Assembly (NCBI GenBank): GCA_024704765.1
Contig: JAKMXF010000255.1
Span: 554,806 to 618,805 of the forward strand
Source of the DNA: Oopsacas minuta
Taxonomy: Eukaryota; Animalia; Porifera
Direction of reading: 5' to 3'
Length of the DNA stretch: 64,000 nucleotides
The notes beneath the pieces are model-generated. The model saw only the letters and a list, made by a program, of their open reading frames with translations. It had not been told where the DNA came from and searched no databases. Below are positions 1 through 10,149 of the stretch, one piece after another. The translations under genes and the position numbers were made by a program. The stretch's first letter is position 1; every line of letters begins with the position of its first letter.

Positions 1-2287
1 TTCTAAATTTCATTTTCAATAATTTATAGACCCACCCAAAGGCGCCCACTTATACTTTTCTTGACATTAAGTGAATTGGGCACACCCATTCGGACGAAAT
101 TTATTTTTAGAAATTTTATTTTCGTTATAACATTTTATTATTTCTGTATTTCTAATTCATTAGTATCACTTTATGAAGTATCCAATGCATCAATGAATTC
201 AGTATACGCATTGTTATTTAAGTTTATCAATAAATAGGGCTGGCTGGCATAAAACACTCACAAATTTAGAACTCATTTATTCTCGAACCATAATTATTAA
301 TTATATCAAAATACCACAAATTACGTCATAGTCCCATTTCCAGAAGTGCAACTAAAAATCTGGTGCCATTTTTGAAATCTACAGTGTCGATTTTCATTTA
401 CTATACATGACAATATTTTAACAAATATCTTCAGTGTAAGTATCTATCACCCTATAATCGCCATTTTGTCACACTGTGTATATTATTGATAGGGAGTTCA
501 ACTTCTTAAGTTCGAATTGCAAATATATTTCTAATTTAGAAATTTAGCTTCTAAGAACGACCATTTTTATAAGTGGCCCGAAGGCTATAGCCTACTTAGC
601 CTAATGGTAAATCCGGCACTGTGTCCTGTAGGTAGTTGATTACGATAGCTAAAACTTTTACCTCTCCTTGATATATATTGTGTCGTCATCTGCATAGCTA
701 GTAAGAGCGTTGTATTTGAGGGTAACTTCTTCAATGTTGATACAGGAGAGTATGGTCGCATGGGTTGGATTGGGAAATATCTACCCACCCCCCATCAAGT
801 TAATGCAAAATCAGTAGGTCGACAGCAATAGGTCATCGGGGGTACTTAGGTCACTCGAGTAGCCTTCTTGGCTTTGCGAACAATGCGAAACTTATAGAGA
901 ATCAACACATACTTTTGAGTAGCAATACATTGAACCGAGTGGGTCAACCTTAGTAATATCGAATATATTACATCCCCATGGGTAATGGGCTTAATCCAAC
1001 CGCCCAATTTATTTCTTAGTGATCGTGGATGCAAAAGAATTTTCGGGAAAATATATATTGGCACTCACCTTTTCATTGAGTCAGCATCATTTCACTAAAT
1101 ACTGGATACGTCACTGGAACAGACTAGTAGTGCTATTCGGGGTCTGTTTGCTTAATTATATGTCGGAACCTAATTCCTAGACAGGTTTTGAATTATACCC
1201 CTGATATTTGAAATATAATTAATTATTCCATGGATGTTTGTATATGTCTAAAAACCTCAGAAATGGATTGTACGTAACCTTATTACTCATGGCAAGATGC
1301 TGTAACCGTCTCTAATTTATCTTACTTCAGAGCGTGATTGATAATTATTCGCGAAAATAGTTCAATATTTCACTGAGAAAATGCTCCAAACGACAAATTA
1401 TATAATATATACCAATTACTCGTTTACAAGAAAATTGAGCTTTTATGCTGGAATATGCAGAATAATATGATCCAAGAATTCAATACACGAACACTTGAAA
1501 CTGGATTTTTGTGACCATTCCTTTCAGATAAGAATAGTTTGAATGTACGTATAGTTAGTAGAGACTAAAAACCACTCCAACCGAGTATATTGAGTCAAGG
1601 GCACATGGTATCCAAACTGCATTTGTCTGGAGCCTACAGAGATGCCAACTCACGGGTTATCCGTGGGTCTCAAGGATTTTCGTTGCTAAGCCTCTAACAG
1701 TCTAACTGTAATAGTTCACGGTTTTGTGGCTGATTTATTGGCAGTATATTTTGATGCAGAGAATTCAAATCTTACGGGTTGGTGAGACTCTAGGTCAGGT
1801 GGCATGTATGAAACTATCCCCAAACGCAATTTGAAGACGAATTCCATCAGGAGTACTAGACTAGCCTCAATAGAAGAATATTTGGACAATCAAATGCCAA
1901 TACTGAAATATTAGGGAAATATATTTAATCGTAGCTATGATTTAGTTAACTGAATTGTAAACTATTAAGTTAATATTGGTAGGCAGAAAAGCAACAAAGC
2001 AAATCAATCTGATTTTTGATATTCTAGTTTTTCCTATGAGCTGGTGTGCATTAAACTATACCACTCAGTCATAAAGCGTTTGTTTAATTTAGATACATAT
2101 AGGGGCGATTATTCGAGAGGGCATGAATTTGAGAAGTATTCGAAGTAATACGGCTGATGGCTTCGAGGTATTGTACGGCATAAATGAATAAATAAGAGAC
2201 AATAAATATAATATATATAAAGTGATAAAGTAGGTTGCAAAACTAAAACAATAAACAATAAATAGTTAAGCTAAGAGGTAAGGGAGA

Positions 2288-2347
2288 CCTATAAGTAAAC
2301 ATAGAATTATCGAGATGCCTATAACTAAACCTAGAATTATCGAAATC
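2288..2347. repeat. 30-bp tandem duplication just 3' of metallopeptidase copy 1
   Basis: cctataagtaaacatagaattatcgagatg is followed directly by cctataactaaacctagaattatcgaaatc. Confidence 0.8.
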
Positions 2348-2370
2348 GAAATATGGTGTTTAGTTTTGCA

Positions 2371-4941
2371 TCAAGGACAAAAGCTTTCCTCTACAATCCA
2401 AGGAAGATTGTACTCATTCAACAAATCAGTGGACATAGTCTTTTGATCATCATCCAGAGGACAAACAACTATACTCACCATATCTGAGAAATCGACTGCA
2501 TCAAGAGTTCCCAAACGGTTGTAATTGACTTCAAGCAGTAGTTTGTTGGGATCTGTTAGAGATTGACACATCATTGCACCCAAACCTATATCGTTATCCA
2601 GCTTAAATGCTGCGCTAGCAATAAGATTTTCTGATATATCTCCTGAAGAATGATCATTTAAAGCAGTGGTACCAAGGTAATTTGCATTTAGGTTGGAAAG
2701 GTCCTGACACCAACCATCACAATACATCAAGTTTCCGAGAACCTTTTGTCCCAGATATGTTGCATAACCTTCAGAGAATGCGAAATTTGGAGTGATAGGA
2801 GAACCATCATGTGGTCCACCCCCTGTTATTACTGCTCCTGTACGGGCGTTAATCAGATGTCCGAATTCATGCAATAACACAGAGTCATCGAATTCGTCTG
2901 GGTCGGTGACATGACCGCCTATGGATATCACTCCTCCACCGAAGTATGACACGGGATAATTGGTACCTTTTGCATACTTTCCATTTTCCCAGTCTGCCTT
3001 ACGTGGATAATCTGTAACCTCTCCACCATACGAGAGGTAGATAGGAAGCATACGAGTTAAGGTAACCATGATATGGAAAGCTCCAGAACTATCAGCTGTA
3101 GTAATAGTAACATCTCTGTTTGCAGTATCTTCCGCACTTGGAATTATTCCTGCTGTAACACGATACACGTGTATATTTACATCTGAATGATCTGTCACTT
3201 CTATCATATTATTTGAGGATAGGAATTCTACATAGACTGTAGAGTCTACATCTTGAGGTTGATATGAAAGAGAGTATACACCTCTTCGTGAATCAGATAC
3301 ATCACGCTCTACCTGAGATGTTCCATATACATTTCCTGCATCATCTACAACTCTGACTATACTACCTAATGGATTGAACCTTGACATGGTGGTCATGTAG
3401 CTCACTGTACCCTTAGCTAAGAATTCATGGCAGTTGACATTTACGACTAATACCTCTCTTCCTGCTCCTGCACCTCCTCCATCTGCTTCATTTGGCAAGA
3501 AAGATCCTTCTACCATTTCTTTTACGTCACAACCTTCTACCAAAATATCAAAATTTATTGTTTCATTGATGGAACACGCTGACCACAAATCCACACGTAT
3601 TGTGTACTGTCCTGAGATTGCTAATTCGTAGTATACATTTTCTGTCTTGATACGATCAATGTTACAACCTGCATTAGAATCAAGATCTAGAAACCCTTCT
3701 TGTGCGGATGAGATTCTGCTAGCATAATATATTTCTTCATTATTCGGATCAACAACATGAAGATCCATATCTACTTCTTTATCCCAAGTTAATCTCACGT
3801 GTAAAGTCCCAGTTTGTGAAGTAGATGTAATAATTGGAATCATTATTACTTCTCCTAATTCTCCTACTATATCCCTAAGGCGAATTAGCATGTCAGTAAC
3901 ATCTCCAGATTCTATGGAACCACTTGGAAGAGTGACCATGAAATTAAGTTGTATTGTCCCATTGTTTGCTTGACGAACTGATCTTCGTGAGGTAGAGGAT
4001 TGAAGAGATGATATAGGAATAATGAAATGCTGACCAAAACCCTCAAATCCCACTAGAATTTCAATTGCTGTAGAATCTTCACTAATTTCAAGAGGAACTT
4101 CTACACTTTGACCTGTAGTTATGGAAACCTCAAAGCTAGGAGGAAGGGTCACATTCAGTGTACCGTTTGTCGTATTGCTAGCTTCAGTTAATGGAAAGCT
4201 TTTCATATCAATAATGCCCTCAGCTATTGTGAATGGATTAGTTACTCCCAACTGGAAGAATATTTCAATCCCAGGAACCATTAGAGTGCGCTGATCAATG
4301 CTATATATTACTAATGGAATTGTATGGAACCTTTCTATTGCAACTATATTTGAAGGAATGGTTATCGTCCCTATCAGAATACTTCCGTTCTGTATTATTG
4401 TGGAATTCATTATTGTAGGTTGTCCGAATATAGAAGTATAGTTCGCTACAAAATGAGACGGATCTCCTGAAACCTCAGCTGTAATGGTTATTTGCATACC
4501 AGGATAGATTTGCAAGGGATAATCAATGGAAATTAGCATCAAACTAGGATCTTGAACAAGGATGATAATTTCACCTACACCATTACTGTTGGTGGTTGAT
4601 TGAGCTTCAACAGTTACAATATGGGTTCCGTCCTCTAAGCCTTGTGTTGGTATTTGTAGGTTAGTGGGAAAGAACTTATATGAGTACCTCTGTACTCCAT
4701 TCAAATACACGAGTACATTTCCCCGTGTGAATATGCCAGTTGGTAAGGATAGTTCTAGTTCAATATAACCGTTGGAGAATGCTTGGTCTGGAGGTAGAGG
4801 GCTATTGATATTGATAGCAAAAGTGCTAGCAGGTCTGAAGATAAACCACGCACCAACTGCGATAGCTACTCCTACAAGCAGTCCAATTACTATTATAGCG
4901 AAACACAGGAACAAAATGAGAATCTTCGTTTTTGTTTCCAT
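2371..4941 (-). CDS. 856-aa intronless type II membrane-anchored zinc metallopeptidase-like protein, copy 1 (TM anchor, Ig-like stalk, YfaP/DUF2135-like domain, gluzincin-like HExxH domain)
   Basis: Hydrophobic N-terminus ILILFLCFAIIVIGLLVGVAIAVGAWFIF. Beta-rich stalk. LTWDKEVDMDLHVVDPNNEEIYY...LDLDSNAGC..D....EN resembles YfaP/DUF2135-type bacterial domains. DPDEFDDSVLLHEFGH (2857-2871) is followed by FSEG, a candidate third zinc ligand. Confidence 0.85.
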   Translation of the reverse strand: METKTKILILFLCFAIIVIGLLVGVAIAVGAWFIFRPASTFAININSPLPPDQAFSNGYIELELSLPTGIFTRGNVLVYLNGVQRYSYKFFPTNLQIPTQGLEDGTHIVTVEAQSTTNSNGVGEIIILVQDPSLMLISIDYPLQIYPGMQITITAEVSGDPSHFVANYTSIFGQPTIMNSTIIQNGSILIGTITIPSNIVAIERFHTIPLVIYSIDQRTLMVPGIEIFFQLGVTNPFTIAEGIIDMKSFPLTEASNTTNGTLNVTLPPSFEVSITTGQSVEVPLEISEDSTAIEILVGFEGFGQHFIIPISSLQSSTSRRSVRQANNGTIQLNFMVTLPSGSIESGDVTDMLIRLRDIVGELGEVIMIPIITSTSQTGTLHVRLTWDKEVDMDLHVVDPNNEEIYYASRISSAQEGFLDLDSNAGCNIDRIKTENVYYELAISGQYTIRVDLWSACSINETINFDILVEGCDVKEMVEGSFLPNEADGGGAGAGREVLVVNVNCHEFLAKGTVSYMTTMSRFNPLGSIVRVVDDAGNVYGTSQVERDVSDSRRGVYSLSYQPQDVDSTVYVEFLSSNNMIEVTDHSDVNIHVYRVTAGIIPSAEDTANRDVTITTADSSGAFHIMVTLTRMLPIYLSYGGEVTDYPRKADWENGKYAKGTNYPVSYFGGGVISIGGHVTDPDEFDDSVLLHEFGHLINARTGAVITGGGPHDGSPITPNFAFSEGYATYLGQKVLGNLMYCDGWCQDLSNLNANYLGTTALNDHSSGDISENLIASAAFKLDNDIGLGAMMCQSLTDPNKLLLEVNYNRLGTLDAVDFSDMVSIVVCPLDDDQKTMSTDLLNEYNLPWIVEESFCP

Positions 4942-5577
4942 AATATGAGATCTCTGATCTGTACAATCGTAAGATTACTATAACTAATAAACAAAGGACA
5001 TGTCTAATTCCCAGGACGTGACAAAACATCATGCGACTATCCGGAAAATTCTGACACCTCGACTACGAGATGAACTCGTAAATATATGTGGGTAGGTAAT
5101 TTCTTGGACAAGAACTTTCCGGGACGGTTATGTCAATTCTCGGGAAATAGACTACATGTGTCATAAAAGGATACTCGTAAATCGAATCAAGATTTCCCAG
5201 TTATTTTATTGCAATGCTTACGCTCCACGCTACGGCGGTTTTAGCTACGTACCCATAGAAAAATTGGTAAGTAATTGATAAGTGAATTGATAAGTATATA
5301 AGAATCAAGATGTTATATATATATATATACATTTGACCACACATTGTGTTAAATAACAAAGTCTAGTATTAGTTCCAGGCATAACTACGTGTATGTGAGG
5401 CTTATTCGCCAATAAAATTCTTCTAGACTATGAATAAACGGAAGTCCATTTATTAGATAACGAGCCTTTGGCTCGTCGTTTCGCGATGAACTCGGCGCAT
5501 TGCACCTCGAGGTATCCATTATTCTCAAATTGACGACCCCTTTGAGTATTATAATTTCGATATAAGTAGAACATTTG

Positions 5578-5578
<1 letters not shown>

Positions 5579-5626
<48 letters not shown>
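5579..5626 (+). repeat. (GTT)n microsatellite, about 16 units
   Basis: Directly visible perfect trinucleotide run. Confidence 0.98.
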
Positions 5627-5919
5627 AGTGTTGGCGGTGGCGCCGCCGCTGGTATTATTGCCGCCTCAACATATATTTTGAGATTTGGCCAAATTTGTTT
5701 ACTTTATATACATAAAAACAACAATAAATTTACATAAGAGATCTTGAAAATGCGAAATTCTAGTTCAAGGTACTGTGGTACCCTTGGGTAGCCGTTTTGA
5801 GCAAGCCTGTCTGTTATTTTGAGATTTGGATAATTTGTTTACAATAAGTCAAAGACTCAAAGTTAATTTATATTATAGTGTATTCTGAATGTTATACAGA
5901 AAATCTAAGTATTAAATTT

Positions 5920-6130
5920 GAATTGTTGTTTGTCTGTTTGTTTGTTTTTGTTTGTCCTTTTTCAAGGAAAAGATTTACGGCATGCAATTTGAATTTGTCT
6001 CACAATTATGGCATTTACCATGTTTATCAAAGGAAGTAAATAGAATTCAATAAATCTTCATTGAATATATACAACTTGCTAAATGCAATTTTCACTCTTT
6101 TGGATTAATCTTATGTAAATTTACAATACA
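5920..6130 (+). repeat. Dispersed repeat family A copy ((GTTT)n-headed, Helentron/DINE-1-like)
   Basis: ttgtttgtctgtttg...tcaaggaaaagatttacggcatgcaattt...tttatcaaaggaagtaaatagaattcaataaa matches 13050-13250 and 43385-43560. Confidence 0.8.
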
Positions 6131-6302
6131 ATTACATCATCTCCCATGTCCCGTATAATACTATGAGCAAGCTTTGCTTGCGACGTAAGGCAATCGGAAT
6201 GATATCTTCACAAAAATTCTATTGTGTTTCAATAGTATTATCGATATTGGTAATTCTTGCATACATGTTTAATCATTGAAATTCTATCACATATTTGAAA
6301 TA

Positions 6303-8940
6303 ATGCCAAATAGATGTTGTTCAGCACCTGGGTACAGGACCTTAAAAATATACATGCGTGTCTGAAACACTTCCATGTTGAAGTTGTGGAAACGTGCTTT
6401 TCTATTCCTCAACCCGATGGAACCAAGTTAGAAGTTAATCGTACCATGTCTAGACTTCACCGAGATGCTGTTCCTAAGCTCCTACCAGGTTGTCCGAGTT
6501 ATCGCTCTATTTTAACTAAGCCACAAACTCGTTTAGATCTTTCTACTAAAGAACGGGATCAGTTGAATGTTGCGATCACTTAGAGCTTGAAACAACAACT
6601 AATAGATAAAAAGATGTTTAAACTTTAAAGTATCTACATTCTGTGAGTTGAATTCAAAAGTGAATAGTTTAACTCTCTCTCAGGGGAGTGTATAATCATA
6701 ATTATAATCATACACGATGCGACCAAACTGTTCCGTTTGGCAATTTTGAAATCTCAAATCGGTGGACGGTGTTTATAAGATAACAAGTTCACTGCAATAC
6801 AATTTATACTTTGATAATTGGAAAACATCTTACGTCATGGGTGCTCAAACTTTTATATCTACGGTCCACTTTACAAATTAGGCTCCCCCTATGGGCCACA
6901 AATCATAGATCGTCTCTGGCTTTAGTTTAATCAATTTTAAAGCTATATTATTGACATCATATTGCATTAACAATGGATTCTACTTGTAAATTCAGGTTAT
7001 TGACTTAAATTATGATCTTATAAATGGATTCGAATCATTTGATGTCTCTCTTGAATTCAACTTGTTTTCTAGCAAGTGGACAATAGTACTAAACGATTGA
7101 AGTACGTCAATCTACTGTATATGTATGAATAATGAAAACAAGCGAATTATCCGCGGGCGAGAGCGAATGGTCTCGCGGGAAACATGTGGACACCGTTTGA
7201 GCACCCTTGTCTTACGTCATAAGAACCATCACAGCTACAATATTACAACTATCATAGTAGTGCTGAAGTATCAACTTATTTCCCCAGCATTTTATCATTA
7301 TCTACAACCATTGGCTTGGAAATTGAATTTCGTATTTTATAAACTGATCTACTGTTATTCTTGATTTCAATGTTGTACATAATCTGAAGACTATACGTAA
7401 TACCTGGTTGAATCATAAAGATTGCAGGGCAAGCTTTAGTTAGCCTAACTTTGAAGATATCCGAATTTTATATGAAGCTGATCAACACTCAATAGTTAAG
7501 TTAGCTCCTCGGTTAACAGCCAAATCATGCTGGCCTTCCAACTTGGAACGTCAGAATGTAATTTTTGGCATTGAAAGTTTTTGAGGATTCTACCCATTCT
7601 GCACTCAAGGTTCAGTATCTTACATCTCCTAACCACCATTCTTGTCATCACACAAGCGAATTCATTCGTGTGATTTGTGACATCTGGAAGATGTTTATAT
7701 TAATACTCCATCCAAAGCTATTGGATTAAATAATGAAGCGTGCCGTCCATTTGTCCAAACGATTCCAGATTCAGTTATCTATCACGAGTTGTTGTTTGGC
7801 TTGAAAGATGGCAAGAGTTACCTCGCAATACTGGGAAACTTACTACTGAGACTTTTAAAGCTTTCACAAGTTTAGCGTTAACTTCAATATTAAACCATGG
7901 CGTAGCCAGGGGGTGGCTTTGTAGGCTAAAGCCACACCGAAAATTCTGATGTTAACATACTATGGAAGAATTGTTAATTACTACTATTACTGAAACACAT
8001 TAAGAATTAACAAATATATTACTATTTTACGTCGTAGGTATTAGTACATTTCTATATCAAATTGTTTGAATGAAACAGTTGTCAATGAAAAGCTTTTGGG
8101 GGCACAGCTAGCTCATTAGTTGTTAATTCTACTCAGGGTCGTTATGAAGATGGCAATATTAGTTCCAGTGACTTTGATACGAATCTAGACCCCATACATA
8201 ACGACTTACAATTTCCAACTCAGATTATTATTGTCAAATTAATCGTTTTCTAATAATTTAGATATCCGTCTAAACGAAAAATGATTCTTTAGTTATTACA
8301 TTTTAAAACTCAGCCACACCAAATAATTAGCCCTAGCTACGCCACTGAAACCATCTTACACAGAACTGTAACTATTCATATTTACTCGCTTCTTTTTGTA
8401 AATGATCCCTGGAGAATCATTTTAGAATTTCAGAATGATGGCTGGTGCTCAATATCATATTACCTTCTGTCAGATCCTCGAAAGCGAGCGGCGCTTAAAG
8501 TTATTTAGTGTTATCCTAAAAGTTGGTGCAATGCATCATTTATCTCTTAAAGAATTTATTGATTCCTTTTCAACTTCAACAGAACTTGCTAATACTCTTA
8601 ACACGGAACATTTTCTATCATCTAGGTGCTAGAATATTCTGTAATTAAAGTTCCACTTCAACTCAACCAACACTTGTGTTTATAGCTGGATATACAGTTT
8701 ATGGTTACTTCAAGAATTCTACCTGTTGTCAATATTGTTTATCTTTCCCTACAGGAAACAAAGAAGTGGAAATAGAAGCATCACCAGAATCAATCTACAA
8801 GCTGTTACAAGTTATGGATCGTAGTGCATTGAAATGGCCATCTGGTATTGTTATCAATGTCCTAGTTTGCTTGCGGAAAATTTTCACTTCGATGGAACAA
8901 CAGGATTTATGGAATGTTGTATTGAATTATGATATCTCAC
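6303..8940 (+). mobile_element. Decayed P-element/THAP9-like DNA transposon (transposase pseudogene)
   Basis: MPNRCCSAPG(Y)R at 6303 and C-x-x-HF...LHRDAVP are THAP-domain pieces, with a deletion and frameshift between them. Other fragments: LAPRLTAKSCWPSNLERQNV (~7500), PNDSRFSYL..VVWLERW, LTTETFKAF, and DP(L)E..F.EFRMMAGAQYHITFCQILESERRLK (~8400-8510). Many stops and frameshifts. Confidence 0.8.
7899..8347. mobile_element. hAT-like MITE inserted into the P-element transposase
   Basis: TIRs ggcgtagccaggg and ccctagctacgcc(actg), flanked by the direct repeat aaaccat on both sides. Removing the element rejoins ...SILNH to LTQNCNYSYLL. Confidence 0.8.
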
Positions 8941-8942
8941 TA

Positions 8943-9231
8943 CAGTGTACCCTCGATTATCCGACACCTGGAAGAGGATTTAGTTTGTGAAATTGTTCAA
9001 ATTTCATGTCTAAAGGGAGCTATAGCATACTTTAGCACTAGGTTTTCGGATGATGTTGCATTTACGCCCATATTGGTATAAATATACTGTCAAATATTCA
9101 AATTACAAAATCTTCATTTTCATATATACCCAAACAGTGAATTTCATATAGGAAAATACACTATTTCAGTTATCCGAACAGCAAACTTGAAAGTGTATGA
9201 CGAAGGTGTTCCGATAACCGAGGGTGTACTG
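8943..9231. mobile_element. Tc1/pogo-type MITE with TA target duplication
   Basis: ta|cagtgtaccctcgattatccga ... tccgataaccgagggtgtactg|ta. Confidence 0.75.
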
Positions 9232-9880
9232 TACTAAAGTGTTGCATATGCTATACCTATCGACTAGCAATCATTCTTTGCCTGTGTTCACTATCTTGAC
9301 AACCCAACTATTTGTCCCCTATTATACATAATCATGTTTTATCCCTCAATTACCATGTCTAACCGTGGAAACGAAATCTATAGCATCATTTTGAATTATT
9401 AGCCAAAACGTGCGAAAATATGATTTATCATATAATACATTATTATATCTACATATGAGACACCTCAACAACTAATAGAATTCCAGGATACATTCAATAT
9501 AAACGCATTACAGTGACAATGTAATTACACATCCTGTAGAACTAATAGAAATGGCGTGAATAGTACATCGTGAAAAACGTCCAATCTAATTGGCCTTAAT
9601 TTAGCCGCCAAAAAGGTGTGAAAACAATCACTTAACAAAGTTCATACCCGAGGTGCACATATACACCCAAAATGTACTCACGTGCCAATTTTCATGTAAA
9701 TGGGTCTGTTAGATTTCGCAAGACGGACGAACGTCATACATCGTCCATGCCAATAGGGCACAAAAAATATAGAATTGTACGTTCAAATATAGATAAAAAT
9801 CTGTCGAGGGAGTCCGAGAGGACTATTGTCCTGGGGCCAGATTATACCCGGGGTTAAACTGGGTGGGGAGGTTAATATAA

Positions 9881-9966
9881 GCTGTTACACCGGCACACGT
9901 GATAAGATTTCATTGAGTCGGGGTGCTGACTCATTGAAATAATATCATGAGTACCGGTGTAACAGC
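9881..9966. repeat. Imperfect 86-bp palindrome
   Basis: gctgttacaccgg...ttcattgagtc / gactcattgaa...ccggtgtaacagc. Confidence 0.75.
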
Positions 9967-10149
9967 ATCGACTTCTTAATATGAAAACGAATATAAATTA
10001 TTTTTGTATTTTCAAGACTCAGGAAAATGAAAATATACACACGCCTCACAGCAAAGAGTAGATAGAAATAACACACGATAGAAATGAGTAAATACCCTAA
10101 CAAGTAACTAAGATAGAATACATGAGTTATTACAGAATGAGTATATAAA

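Noticed and set aside
585-1064. Two short minus-strand ORFs as a retroelement or gene
   Set aside because: No recognisable motif or splice structure; possibly decayed TE sequence but unsupported
3434-3631. Antisense ORFs inside real genes (also 11206, 12343, 17353, 17623, 18940, 25424, 32831, 34169, 51491, 56055, 56789, 60083)
   Set aside because: Shadow frames of coding sequence with no independent motifs
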